DNA from: Calditrichia bacterium
GTDB lineage: Bacteria > Calditrichota > Calditrichia > JAJRVZ01
Direction of reading: 5' to 3'
Assembly: GCA_963777955.1 (NCBI GenBank)
Contig: CAVZSQ010000003.1
Location: 32,001 to 96,000, forward strand
Length of the DNA stretch: 64,000 nt
The translations under genes and the position numbers were made by a program. The notes beneath the pieces were generated by a model. That model was not told where the DNA came from. It did no database searches and saw only the letters and a program-made list of their open reading frames with translations. The first letter of the stretch is position 1. Every line of letters starts with the position of its first letter. Positions 43,901 through 54,574 of this stretch are shown here, piece by piece.

Positions 43901-44180
43901 TCGCAAACCCGGCGTGGCCTATCAACCAATCGAACAGAGTGGAAACGTAAATGGCATACCTGCTGCTAATATCAGATATGGTGTGATTTATTATGACGGG
44001 CCGACTAAAAAATACATGTATTTTCCGGAGGGCGCCACTATCCCTGTTGAAGTAGAAAAAGGCCGGATGCAAAAGATTCTGGATGATAAAGCCTATATCG
44101 ATATGCCCAACAACACTTCCTTTACGTTTCTGAATCCCAGACAGTTTTTCTATGGGATTACGTTAACCTTTAAATTATAA
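40986..44180 (+). CDS. TonB-dependent receptor with an N-terminal carboxypeptidase-regulatory-like domain
   Basis: GTTGKIAG...LPGVNV...GAATDVDG; plug VRGG...VDG; GGFNAEYG; FSPRLGISHP; NPRQFFYG C-terminal strand. Confidence 0.9.
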   Translation: MSVGKYRILIVSILCSMLFIKILVAGTTGKIAGRIMEKDSGNPLPGVNVVVKGTYLGAATDVDGYYAILSVPPGIQSVEASMIGYATVTVNEVRVQIDQTAPVNIEMVSEVIEAASVVIIADRNLVKPDVSTSVSAVRPEEIEALPVTNINDVVSLQAGVEKGLVVRGGGADELLFQVDGVTFRDPRNNQPISAIPLTSIQELSIERGGFNAEYGQVRSGIVNTVQKEGDVASYAGMMTARYSPPQQKHFGISVFDPNSMWNRPYLDPAVCWVGTANGSWDEYTQRQYPQFDGWDAISKGLLEDDDPNNDLSPAACKRYYEWTHRRRPITDEPDYDLDGSFSGPVPFIGKKLGNLRFLASYRVEREMLLIPLSRADYKDYVFSFKINSDISSKMKLMITSTMGKSYNVPINQNDQQFWNLTFGINGTNVWNPTDFMRTPLQIAAVTNEQRPSRIFSNSWYSQSEVSHFTFAAKLTNFLSASTYYEASFEHVSRDYLTGPVRNRDLTRRYEITPGYFVDEAPYGYDPNPDADLAGMFFGGHSSTARDSSDIQSYVLKGDLTSQLNKQHLVKTGIEFSYYNLNLDYGLLNVYFGDVNWVKEKWNPYRLSMYAQDKIEALGFIANIGVRLDLSNPNTDWVNVDPFNKGYYSTSYSTDSTYAREKAKVDVAFSPRLGISHPITENSKLYFNYGHFKELPAYEEIFRLGRGSAGSMRNNGDPNLEQARTISYELGYDHVIATDYLIQLAAFYHDITSQQGFTQYLSDRKGIGYFAANNNNYRDIRGFELTLRKNYGTWIRGFANYTYMNVTQGAFGKQTIDEDPYRQRLIDQNTPLLYQQKPVPQPRANASLMFLTPTEFGPELLGIKPAADWSLNILAQWQAGAWFTYQKYVIAEEVNNVQTTDIFNFDLRLNKSFDFKALSVTLFMQVENAFNFKRMSGESFYNTFDFQYYMESLHLPENRAYDNIPGDDRAGDYRKPGVAYQPIEQSGNVNGIPAANIRYGVIYYDGPTKKYMYFPEGATIPVEVEKGRMQKILDDKAYIDMPNNTSFTFLNPRQFFYGITLTFKL

Positions 44181-44214
44181 ATAGAATATTCTGATAATAC
44201 GAGGTATTAGTCAC

Positions 44215-46387
44215 ATGGTTAAAAGATATTGGTCAAGAGCGATTATCATCATCATAATGTTGTATGCAGCCGGTATCGATGATTCCCAGTGTTTATATGC
44301 CCAGGTTACCGGCCCGCAGGAGGTCAGATGGATCTGGGTGGGTTCCTTACGGCACTGGTTTTCCAGTGGTGGCGCTGAAATTGAATACGGCCGGCGCAGC
44401 AGAGCATTTCTGAAGCACCGATCAGATCGATGGATTAATGTGGCCGGCGCAGTATAGTAACCAGGATGTCAATTGCGGTAAAAGTTTATGGATCGGCACC
44501 ACAAATTTTGCTGATCCCATCGATGGACGGACTTTCCCCTGCAAGGTTGTCAAAGCCGGCCGGCCATTTATGTACATCAATACCGAAATATTCCCTGCGG
44601 AGTTTGCCCTGATTGCCCGGTCTGAACGTCCTGCAGTGCTGGTTGACCAGATGAGTTCTTCGGATCTTGATTATAATGATGAGGTTGATCAGATTGATCC
44701 GAATCTGGAAGCCGACCGTATGATTTACAATACTATTAATACTACAGTCGGAGTGACGGTTACCAGAAAAGTGCGGGCTTTCAGCCAGCAGTACCATGAT
44801 AATTATTTTATTTACGAATATGTTTTTAAAAATACGGGTATAATTGATAATACAGGAGTACAGAAATTATCCGCTGACCTGACCGGTGTTATTTTTCACT
44901 TCCAGTACCGTTATGCCTTTGCCGGGGAATCCTACCGGGGCGGCTGGTCGCCTTCCGGTGTGAGTTGGGGAAGAAATGCTATCAATGATGTAGTGGGACA
45001 GGATGCCGCCCATACTCTGCCGCCGCCCAACGATTTCCGTGCAATCTTTGCTTACTACGGGCCAACGCCCAGTGCAACAAGTGTAGCCGCTGATATTGGC
45101 TTACCCAATCGTCAATCGGGCTATATAATGGCCGGTACAAAATTTGCCGGAGTCATTGTACTGCATGCCGATGCTTCACCCCAGGATCATAGCGACGATC
45201 CGGCTCAACCTGCTACAACTCAATTTATGGGTTCCGACCAGGATGGGCAGTCAGTCAATCAATACGATGCTTCGTTAATGGAAGAGTCGTATAGTTTCAT
45301 GTCGGCAGGTCATCCGTCGCAAACTCATGCCGACCGGATCGGCAAAGATGCGAACGGCTGGCCGAGCGGCATTGCCGATATTCCGGTAGGGTTGACTGAT
45401 CCGGGCGGTTATTCCTCCGCAATGGGATTCGGTCCTTATACCATGGCCATCGGTGATAGCATCAGAATTGTGCTGGCTGAGGCGATTGAGGGACTGGATA
45501 AAGATCGTTTATTGAATAAAGAGATAAGCAGAAAGTGGTTTACCAAAACCCCGCCCTATGTTCTGCCTGATCAAAGCACTACTACCGATGCTGATATCTA
45601 CAAAAACACCTGGGTATTTAAAGGTAAAGACTGGTTATTTGAATCTTTTCGCAGGGCCAGAGCGAATTATAACAGCGGATACCAGATCGCCCGGCCGCCG
45701 GATCCTCCCCAACAGTTCACCATTAATTCCAGCGGCAATAAAATATCTCTGACCTGGTCTAATAATGCCGAAGCGGAAGCGACTTTTGCCGGGTATCAGA
45801 TATTCCGTGCCGAAGGCAGACCGGATACGACTTACGATCTGATCTTTTCCTGCGACAAAAACAACGTCGTGAATAATTTTGACGACAGAACCGCCCGCCG
45901 GGGATTTACTTACTATTACTATATACAAACCAAAGATGACGGTTCGACCAATACTGATGCTGCCCTGAATCCCGTCGGTCCGCTGGTCAGCAGCAGATTT
46001 TACACGCAAACCAATCGCGAAGCCTATTTAACCCGCCCTGCCGGTACCAGCCTCAGCGATATACGGGTAGTGCCCAATCCCTATAATATCAGCATGAAAG
46101 ATCTGCAATTTGGACAGGATATTCCTGACCGGCTCGCTTTTTATGGCCTGCCCCCATTTTGCAGGATAAAAATCTATACGGAAACCGGAGATCTGATTGA
46201 AACGATCGATCATACCAACGGCAGTGGCGATGACTACTGGCACTCTTTGACTTCATCCAACCAGCTGGTGGTCAGTGGTTTATATATAGCATATTTTGAA
46301 GTTACTAAAGATACCTACAACGAGCAGGGTAAATTAATTTTCAAGAAGGGTGATAATATTTTCCGAAAATTTATAATAATTCGATGA
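44215..46387 (+). CDS. Large exported partner protein with an Fn3-like region and a CTD-like C-terminus (about 723 aa; +1 frameshift near 44415)
   Basis: Signal peptide; GFGPY; LTW...GYQIFR...YYYY; VVPNPY...LP...IYTETG...SGLYI...KFIIIR*. Confidence 0.8.
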
Positions 46388-46408
46388 TAAAAGCAGTGGG
46401 AGAACGAA

Positions 46409-47158
46409 ATGTGTTATAAAGGGAAGAATAACTATCTTTACGCCTGGAAGTTAGTACTGGCAAGTCTGTTTCTGTTAACGGTGATAGGATGTGATAGTTT
46501 ACTGCCTGAAAAATTACAGGAAAAAGAATACGAAGCAGCTGAACTTGATCAAAATGCCTGTTACTGGCTTTCACTTCCGGATACTCTCTATGACTCGCTG
46601 GCATATAGAGTGCAGGCCCGTACCTTGCAAAGTTGTCTGACCGGAGCGGATACAATGTGGCTGGATTCGGCGGATAATAAGATCATATATGCCAATTTCA
46701 ACCACCTGACCGACAGTCTGAAAACGCTGGAGCGCAATTCCTTATTATTGATTGGTTACCCGGCTGACCAGGATACAGTTTATACTGTCCTGAATGTCAC
46801 CGCCGGACAAGCAGCCTCCACAAATTTATACCTGAGTTTAGAATATTATTACGATACTGAAAATGAAACAAATACCACCAATGTGAATGAATATGTTACG
46901 ATTGAACTGTTGAAACAGGACACTACCCGGGTCAGTTCAGCCATTGATCTGCAAGGCGAGACCCTGTCGGGGTGCAGCAAGGAAGTTATTATCGCCCAGG
47001 ATGAACGGATTATACCCGTAATTAGAGGGCGCTACAAATTTCAACTGGCCGAGGGTGTGTATGTTGTCCGTTATATTTTAACCAATCCAGTGAATATAGC
47101 GCCTTTTCTCAAAGGTACAAACAGGCGGAATTATTTTTTTAAAGTTGTTATATTATAA
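46409..47158 (+). CDS. Hypothetical lipoprotein
   Basis: Lipobox VIGC; GGAG RBS; co-oriented within the operon. Confidence 0.75.
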   Translation: MCYKGKNNYLYAWKLVLASLFLLTVIGCDSLLPEKLQEKEYEAAELDQNACYWLSLPDTLYDSLAYRVQARTLQSCLTGADTMWLDSADNKIIYANFNHLTDSLKTLERNSLLLIGYPADQDTVYTVLNVTAGQAASTNLYLSLEYYYDTENETNTTNVNEYVTIELLKQDTTRVSSAIDLQGETLSGCSKEVIIAQDERIIPVIRGRYKFQLAEGVYVVRYILTNPVNIAPFLKGTNRRNYFFKVVIL

Positions 47159-47197
47159 TTGTGCTAAAAATGAAATTCCAAAAGGAGAATATATAAA

Positions 47198-48220
47198 GTG
47201 AAACGATTAACAATAACCTGCTGGACAGCAATATTAATAATCGGATTGCTTACATCTCTATCCTATGGTCAGGAAAAGTGGGCGCAAACCGGTTTTAACT
47301 TTCTCAATGTATCATCCGATGCCAGGGCAGCGGCGATGGGTGATGCAGTTAATTCTATTTCCGGATATTCGGGTGCACTATTTCATAATCCTGCTACGAT
47401 GGCGGAAATGCCCACATTATTCACTGCCGATTTCAGTATAAATTCATGGATAGCGGATATTAAGTATTTAGAACTGAGTTTGATTGTCGCTCCCTATTCC
47501 GGAGATTATGGTGTGGTCGGTATCAGTTTGCAATCGGTGGACTACGGTGATGTTCTCGGTACTATGGTCTGGAATAATAGTCAGGGTTATGTCGATACCG
47601 AAGTACTGAATCCTGCCGCGCTAGCTATCGGCATCGGTTATGCTAAAATGCTGTCGGATCGTTTCGGAGTTGGCGGGCAGATTCGCCTGGCCTATCAGGC
47701 TCTGGGTAAAAGTATTGTCCCATCCGCATCCGGCAACAGTTTATTAACCAAAAGAAATGTTGCCGACGCAATAGCCTATGATTTCGGTACCATTTTCAAA
47801 ACTGGTGTCAAAAGTCTGGCCTTCGGCATGTCGGTGCGTAATTTTTCCCAGGAAGTAAAGTACGAGGAAGAAGGATTCCAGCTGCCCCTGCTGTTTACTT
47901 TAGGGATATCGGCAAATTTGTTTGATTTCATGGAAGTAGGCGGACCAGAACAGGTTCTGCTGCTCTCGCTTGATGCCACCCATCCCCGTTCCCATCCGGA
48001 GCAGATAAAAATGGGAATGGAATATCAGTTAATGAAAGTCCTGGCCTTAAGGGGCGGATATATTACCAGTAATTCTGAAGACGGTGTGACTTTTGGTCTG
48101 GGAGTGACTTCGGCCGGTCTGGGTATGACTTCGCTGGGTAGTTTTAAAGTTGATTATTCGTATACACCGTTCGGCGTGTTTGATAATGTCCAACGGTTCA
48201 CCGTATCTTTATCACTGTAA
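47198..48220 (+). CDS. PorV/PorQ-family outer-membrane beta-barrel protein
   Basis: AQTGFNFL...ARAAAMG...FHNPA; AYDFG; GMSVRNF; LRGGY; VDYSY; RFTVSL. Confidence 0.85.
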   Translation: MKRLTITCWTAILIIGLLTSLSYGQEKWAQTGFNFLNVSSDARAAAMGDAVNSISGYSGALFHNPATMAEMPTLFTADFSINSWIADIKYLELSLIVAPYSGDYGVVGISLQSVDYGDVLGTMVWNNSQGYVDTEVLNPAALAIGIGYAKMLSDRFGVGGQIRLAYQALGKSIVPSASGNSLLTKRNVADAIAYDFGTIFKTGVKSLAFGMSVRNFSQEVKYEEEGFQLPLLFTLGISANLFDFMEVGGPEQVLLLSLDATHPRSHPEQIKMGMEYQLMKVLALRGGYITSNSEDGVTFGLGVTSAGLGMTSLGSFKVDYSYTPFGVFDNVQRFTVSLSL

Positions 48221-48240
48221 ACTTATAGAGTGGCGAGAAT

Positions 48241-49503
48241 ATGAAAAATAAAAAATCAGTTTACTGCCTTCTGGGCCTGGCTGTGTTCATCTTAGGAATG
48301 GTCAGCGCCTGTAATGTCTTTAATGAACCTGATGCGATTTACAATCCCACCACGACGGTGGATCCGGCTATAACCGGTGTAACTCCGGCGGGAGGGGCCA
48401 TGGCCGGGGTCAGGAAAATTACCATCAGTGGTGAAAATTTTGTAACCAATCTTGATTCGATTGATGTTTATTTCGGCTCGCAAGCGGCGATAATAGACAG
48501 TGCCACTATTACTTCGACCCAATTGGTGGTTAATCGTCCGCTTAATTACGGACAGTCGCTTGAGGTCAAGGTTGTAATTCCGTCACGGATGGGAATCGCC
48601 AAGAGTTTTAATTATAACCTGGAGCAACCGATAGAGACCTGGGGTAATTTCAGCACAATTGCCCGTGAATTCTATACCATGGAAATTGATAACCAGGATA
48701 GATTATGGATCAGCGCACGGAGATATATTTACACAGTATCGTCTGACGGGCTGTATGTCACGTTGTATAAAAATGATAAAATGGGTTTAGGTTCTAAATA
48801 TTCTGAATTTACCGATATGCGTTACGGAGGGGGAGGATACCTGTATTTTGTTCTGGGAAATCAGAAGGATATTTACCGTATTAATACGACCAGCTGTTCA
48901 TGTGAGAACGATTCACTCCCTCCGGAAGTATATTGTACCCTTCCGGGCAATATATCTAAAATGGATTTTAACGATAACGGTAATATTTATACAGGTAAGA
49001 ATACAGGTTTATACCTGGTGGATGCGGCAAAAAATATAACTGCCACTGGCCTGTACAGCGGCTTTACCCTTGTGGATATACATATATATGACGATTATGT
49101 GTACGTGGCAGATGCGACCCGTGTTTATAAAAGTGCTATCCAGGGCGATGGCAGCCTGGCTGGCCAGGAACTGCTGGTTGATCTAACCGTATTGCCTGAA
49201 GATATATATGAGGTGAGTACATGTAAAATTTTATCATTTAGTATTGATATTAATGGTAAAATTTACTTATGTTTAGATAATCATCCGCAATATTCGGTAT
49301 TTTGTCTTGAAGATGATGGGACAGTTACTCCATTTTATATTGATAATATCTTACCGCAGGGAGTTGAACAATTGATCTGGGGTAATTCCAGGTATTTATT
49401 CTTAAACAGAGGTATGGGCGTATCGGTCGATTCACTGCGCGGTGTTCACCGGATGGGTATGATGAATGACGGCGCCCCCTATCTGGGCCGGGATTTACCT
49501 TAA
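48241..49503 (+). CDS. Lipoprotein with an IPT/TIG domain and a beta-propeller
   Basis: Lipobox VSAC; PAITGVTP...ITISGENF...VYFG. Confidence 0.8.
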   Translation: MKNKKSVYCLLGLAVFILGMVSACNVFNEPDAIYNPTTTVDPAITGVTPAGGAMAGVRKITISGENFVTNLDSIDVYFGSQAAIIDSATITSTQLVVNRPLNYGQSLEVKVVIPSRMGIAKSFNYNLEQPIETWGNFSTIAREFYTMEIDNQDRLWISARRYIYTVSSDGLYVTLYKNDKMGLGSKYSEFTDMRYGGGGYLYFVLGNQKDIYRINTTSCSCENDSLPPEVYCTLPGNISKMDFNDNGNIYTGKNTGLYLVDAAKNITATGLYSGFTLVDIHIYDDYVYVADATRVYKSAIQGDGSLAGQELLVDLTVLPEDIYEVSTCKILSFSIDINGKIYLCLDNHPQYSVFCLEDDGTVTPFYIDNILPQGVEQLIWGNSRYLFLNRGMGVSVDSLRGVHRMGMMNDGAPYLGRDLP

Positions 49504-49671
49504 TAATGATACTAACATTAAATCAGGACAAACACTTAAATTTATTTAATAATTAAAAAAGCCGGTACAACAAAAAATAATCTTAGAATGAGATTAGAAA
49601 GGAGGATGCTGGGGAGAAAGAATGTATTGTTTTTTTTGGCTAAACGGAATTAACTATACAAGGAGAAAAGA

Positions 49672-51320
49672 ATGAAGAAGCTTTTTACGATTTTTGCACT
49701 GCTTGTGCTTGCTTTCTGTTTCACGGCAACATTGTATGCCGGGAATAAAACAATGGATGGTGATGTTCTGCAAGTACGCAAAGTCTGCCGAACCACCGGC
49801 CATTGATGGTGAAATGGATGATATCTGGTGCAATGTAACCGCAATGCCTCTGACTAAGTTCGAGGGTGTGCCCAGAGATTCAATCATGGATTTTGATGAT
49901 CATTCCGCTACCGTTCGTGTCATGTGGGATGATGCGGCAATTTATTTTCTGATAACTGCTATGGATGATTCCTCCTGGGCTCTGGATGCCTCATCCGCCT
50001 GGTTGAATGATGCCGTGGAAATGTTCTTTGACGGTGGGAATGAAGACGCTGCTTCCTATGACGCCAATGACATTCAATGGCGCTGGGTCCGTGATGAAAC
50101 TCCCGAGAATAATCCAATCGGCGATGGCCCGGGAACTTATGCTTGGGCAGATCATAACGGCAGTTATGTGTTTGAGCTGCATGATTGCTCAGGATCAACT
50201 GTTGAAGAATAGCGCCGAGATATTTTCTCTGGTTGGCGATACTGAAATCGGCTGGGAAGTTTCCAATGCCGATCGTGAAAGTCTCGAGGGAACCCGTCAG
50301 GATGTACTGCATTGGTGGACCGATAATGCCTTTACCTGGCAACAACCGGCCTCTTTCGGTACTGCCTTATTGACCGAGGTACCAGTGGGCACAGTTCTGC
50401 TTGCCAAACACGCCGATGTACCACCGGCTATTGATGGTGAAATGTCAGAAGGCGAATGGAGTCAAGCCGAGGAAATAGCCCTGACCAAGTTTGAAGGTGT
50501 CCTGGATGCTTATCCTCCGGATTCCACACTGGTCAACTGGAAAGATCATACCTCATCCTTCTGGATCTTGTGGGATGAAAGTGCTCTGTATGTCTGCTTG
50601 AAAGCATATGATGATTCCTCCTGGGCTCTGGATGCCTCATCCGCCTGGTTGAATGATGCCATCGAAATGTTCTTTGACGGTGGGAATGAAGACGCTGCTT
50701 CCTATGACGCCAATGACATTCAATGGCGCTGGGTCCGTGATGAAACTCCCGAGAACAATCCTATCGGTGATGGCCCGGGTACCTATGCTTGGGTAGATAT
50801 AGAAGGTGGTTATATATTTGAGCTGATGATTGCTCAGGATCAACTGTTGAAGAACAGCGTTCAGATATTTACTCTCGCTGAAGACACGGAAATCGGTTAT
50901 GAAATTTCCAATGCCGATCGTGAAAGTCTCGAGGGAACCCGCCAGGATGTACGTCATTGGTGGACCGATAATGCCTTTACCTGGCAGCAACCTGCCTCGT
51001 TCGGTACGGTACTTTTGTCGCCATCCACTGCAGTCAGACCCGGCGACCAGGTAGTTAACGGCTATAAACTCGAGCAAAATTACCCGAATCCTTTTAACCC
51101 CACGACTGAAATAGCTTATACTCTGCCGAAAACTGAAAAGGTAAAGGTAGTTGTTTATAACCTGTTAGGTGATCAGGTAGCACAGCTGGTGAATACCACC
51201 CAGCATGCCGGACCGCATACGGTTACTTTTAATGCAGCAAATCTGGCCAGTGGCGTCTACTTCTATCAATTAGAAGCCGGAAGCATCAATCTGGTGAAAA
51301 AGATGATGTTCATTAAATAG
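49672..51320 (+). CDS. Secreted non-catalytic protein: two CBM9-like (DOMON-like) sugar-binding domains plus a T9SS type-A CTD (about 548 aa; +1 frameshifts near 49757 and at 50180)
   Basis: AGGAG then MKKLFTIF signal peptide; two copies of PPAIDG...W...WD...DAxEMFFD; LEQNYPNPFNP...ASGVYFY...KKMMFIK*. Confidence 0.85.
49964..51007 (+). repeat. Near-identical intragenic direct repeat (49964-50362 versus 50610-51007)
   Basis: Long identical runs, e.g. gatgattcctcctgggctctggatgcctcatccgcctggttgaatgatgcc, in both copies. Confidence 0.92.
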
Positions 51321-51348
51321 TCACCAGTTTTTATTGTTTTTGTTGTTT

Positions 51349-51387
51349 AAAACGTCTGTGTCTTAATTGACACAGACGTTTTTTTTT
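51349..51387 (+). terminator. Intrinsic terminator of the TonB operon
   Basis: AAAACGTCTGTGTC-ttaatt-GACACAGACGTTTT followed by a T-tract. Confidence 0.88.
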
Positions 51388-51476
51388 AATCTGCAGCTGT
51401 GTATATTTATAGATCATAGTATCACAATCGCCAAATGCCGTGATAATAAATCATATAGAATTATAAGGAGTTGATC

Positions 51477-54400
51477 ATGAAAGGATACAGAAATTATTTC
51501 TTCAATATTCTAATCTTGACCTTTATTATCACCCTGCCGGCATTTGCCGTAAATCTTAACCTGCTGAGCAATTCTAGTTTTGAGAAAAAATCATTGGAAA
51601 ATTGGACGGACTTTGATTCCAGCCGGTTTGAAATTTCCACGGTTGGTTTCCATTCCGGTAAACAGGCTCTGCTCTTTCACCCCCTGAAAGATGGGGCGGG
51701 AGTCGGTACTAATGTCGAGACGATCCTGAAGCCCGGATATAAGTATAGTTTTAGCGGCTGGTTCCGCAACCTGGAGGCAGGCTGGGGACAAATTGATGTG
51801 CTGGTCTTATACCGGCAGCAAGACTCAGTCAGGCAAATAGCAATTGGCCGGGCAGATTGTAATAAAGCGGACTGGACCAACATAACGGACGAGTTTTTAA
51901 TACCCGGGGAGGCAGAACAGGGCGGACTGCAGCTGGTGACTAAAACGGCCTGGGGACAAATAGCCTTTATCGTTGATGATCTGGAACTCCGACCGGCATT
52001 ACAAATTCAGTTTATCCGCCCTGCGGCGACAAGTGATGCTGACCTGTTGTTTCAACTTGGTGTACAAAGCCAGGCCCGCGCAAAACTAACAGCCGCGGTA
52101 GATATTTTCAACCAGCAGGATCAGTTACTGGAACATTTCACCCAGGCTCTGGGGGTCCCTGTTCATAAACCTTTAGCACCCGGATTTTACCGTATTGCTG
52201 CCGTGGTTTCAGATTCAGATAATCGTATTTTCAGGGATGAACGTATCTGCTATTTCGGAAATTTAGGAATCTTAACCGCTAACCTTGACGAGCAGATAAA
52301 TATAATTTTGTCATCCCGGGATTCAGAGCGCTATCATGGCTGGTTGCGTTATCTGCAATACCGGGTTTCAACCTACAAGCAGCAGGAGGGTGAAACAGCC
52401 GATCACACCCTGCAGGAACTTTTCCGACTGAACCGCTGGGTACAGGATATACGTACGAATCCTGGTATACTGAATACCCTGAGCGGTGTTCAGGAATGGG
52501 CTTACTTATCACGGGTAGATGAATCGGGGCAGCCCTTTAAACTGGCCATACCTGCCGGCTATGATTCCCAAAAAACCTACCCGCTGGTAGTGGTTATGCA
52601 CGGTTATGGCGGCAATCACCTGGAGTATTCCGGCGGTGTAAAGAGTAACCCTGATTATTTTGAACTCCATGTGTTAGGAAGAGCCCGGGGTGGCGGGTAC
52701 GTGGATCTATCGGAAGCCGATGTACTGGCAGCAGTGGAGTATGTGCAAAAAAACTGGAGTATAGATAAACAGCGGATCCATCTGACCGGTGCCAGCATGG
52801 GCGGCGGCGGTACTTTTCGTTTAGCATCGCGATATCCTGATAAGTGGGCCTCCGGGCGACCGGTATGCGGCTATGGATCAGAATTGCCGATACTCAATGC
52901 CGGTCATGTACCGATCTATTCCACTCATAGCCAGGATGATCCAAGTGTGCCGGTACTGGGTTCCAGGGCACCGCTACAAAAATTGATACAGGCCGGTGGA
53001 CAGGTCATTATAGATGAAACCAACGGATTACAGCATGCGGCCTGGAATTATAGCGAAGGTAATAACCGCGCTCTGCAGTGGATGTACGATCAGGTTTTAC
53101 CGGAATTCCGGGATGTTAAGCAAATTGAATATACTGCAGTCGATGGTCAGGCCTGCGGAGCGTACTGGCTTAAAGTTGCGGAATGGGGTGACCTTCCCGG
53201 TCCGGCATATTTCAAAGCAACAGCAGGCGTTCGTAACCAGTTGTATCTTAAACTGGAAAATATAAAAAGGTTACAGGTAGATATCACGAATTCTCCATTA
53301 AATCCAGAACAGGATTTGAAAATATCGGTTAATGGAAGTATACCTTTCAGGTTAACAGCTCCTCTGGCTGATACGGTATTTATCGCGAATGAAAATGGAA
53401 AATGGTCAGCTTTTGCGGAAAAACCTGTTCAGCCGGGAGTTGTTTTGCGCACGGCCGGTGGAGTGCATAATCTTTATCACAACGAACCGTTATTGATTGT
53501 TTATGGTACAAGTGGCGATGCGCAGACACAAAATCTGCTGGCCCGGGCCGCCGGCGCTGCCAGTAAAAGTCCCGGCCCGATGTGGGTGGGGGATCAGGGC
53601 GATATTAAAGAAGGCGTGCCCAATCATCAGTTACTGTACGGTCATTTAAAAATAAAAGCCGATACCCAGGTTACCCCGGCGGATTTAAAAAAATATAATC
53701 TGTTGCTGATCGGAACAGCGGAACAAAACAAAATCGTACAGCAAATGCAAAAGCAGTTACCGCTGCAATTCGGAAATGAAATCATCTGCTCAGACGGTGT
53801 TCGTCTGCCCGGGACTAACAGCATTATGGGATTGTATTATTATAATCCGCTGGCTGCAGATAAACTTATATATTGGGTGGCTGCGGATAATCCGGTTGAT
53901 TACAAACCGTATAATCTGCTGCTGCAACTTCAAAACGATAATCCGTGCGGAACGGATCTGCTGGTGGTGCGGGATAGTCCGTCCATGCTTATCAAGGTTC
54001 GCTCTTTTGACAGTCATTGGAATTGGAGTAATGCTTATATAAATTCCGCCAAAGTTGCCGCGGATGAAAATACCCTCGGGGATGTTTTTCGCCGGATTGC
54101 CGAATCTGTCAGGCAAGCCAGCGGATCCGATTTTTCCTTACAACAGATCCAGACTTCACCGGATTTTCAGGCCGGAGTACCCGGACTGACACAGTGGTCC
54201 GATTTCGCTGCGCTTTTTACAACGACACCGATAGCCATCGTGCAGATAAAAGAAAACCGTCTGCTAGCTTATCAGCAGGCTTCTATCCGAACGGGGATTA
54301 AACCTGCGTTTTTATCCGCTGGTGGACCGGAATATCGTACCTGACCGCACATACCAGGTTTCCTTGCCGGCATCGTACTATGAGATTCAGCAGCTGATCA

Positions 54401-54480
54401 ACCTTCAGCAATATGTTCCTGATTTCTTTAAGATCACGGACATGACCGTATTTGAAGCAATGCGGCAAATGTTATTTTAA
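51477..54480 (+). CDS. Exported CBM4/9-like domain plus alpha/beta-hydrolase (esterase/peptidase-like) multidomain protein (+1 frameshift near 54280)
   Basis: NLLSNSSFE; YPLVVVMHG; GASMGG nucleophile elbow; DDPSVP; GLQH; alternative frame continues to the TAA at 54478-54480. Confidence 0.8.
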
Positions 54481-54537
54481 TTCTATTATGGGTGATGCTG
54501 GTCAAATAGTCATTGTTTTTAATGATTTTTGCTACAG

Positions 54538-54574
54538 AAAACGTCTGTAATTTAATTGACACAGACGTTTTTTT
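54538..54574 (+). terminator. Intrinsic terminator, near-copy of 51349-51387
   Basis: AAAACGTCTGT-aatttaattgac-ACAGACGTTTT followed by a T-tract. Confidence 0.8.

Noticed and set aside
49964..51007. Near-identical repeat pair as a DGR template/variable repeat
   Set aside because: Both copies lie inside one coding frame, differences do not look adenine-specific, and no reverse transcriptase is in the window
51360..51377. TAATTGACACAGA in the terminators as a copy of the 20-bp operator-like repeat
   Set aside because: Short AT-rich similarity that is explained by the hairpin arm; chance cannot be excluded
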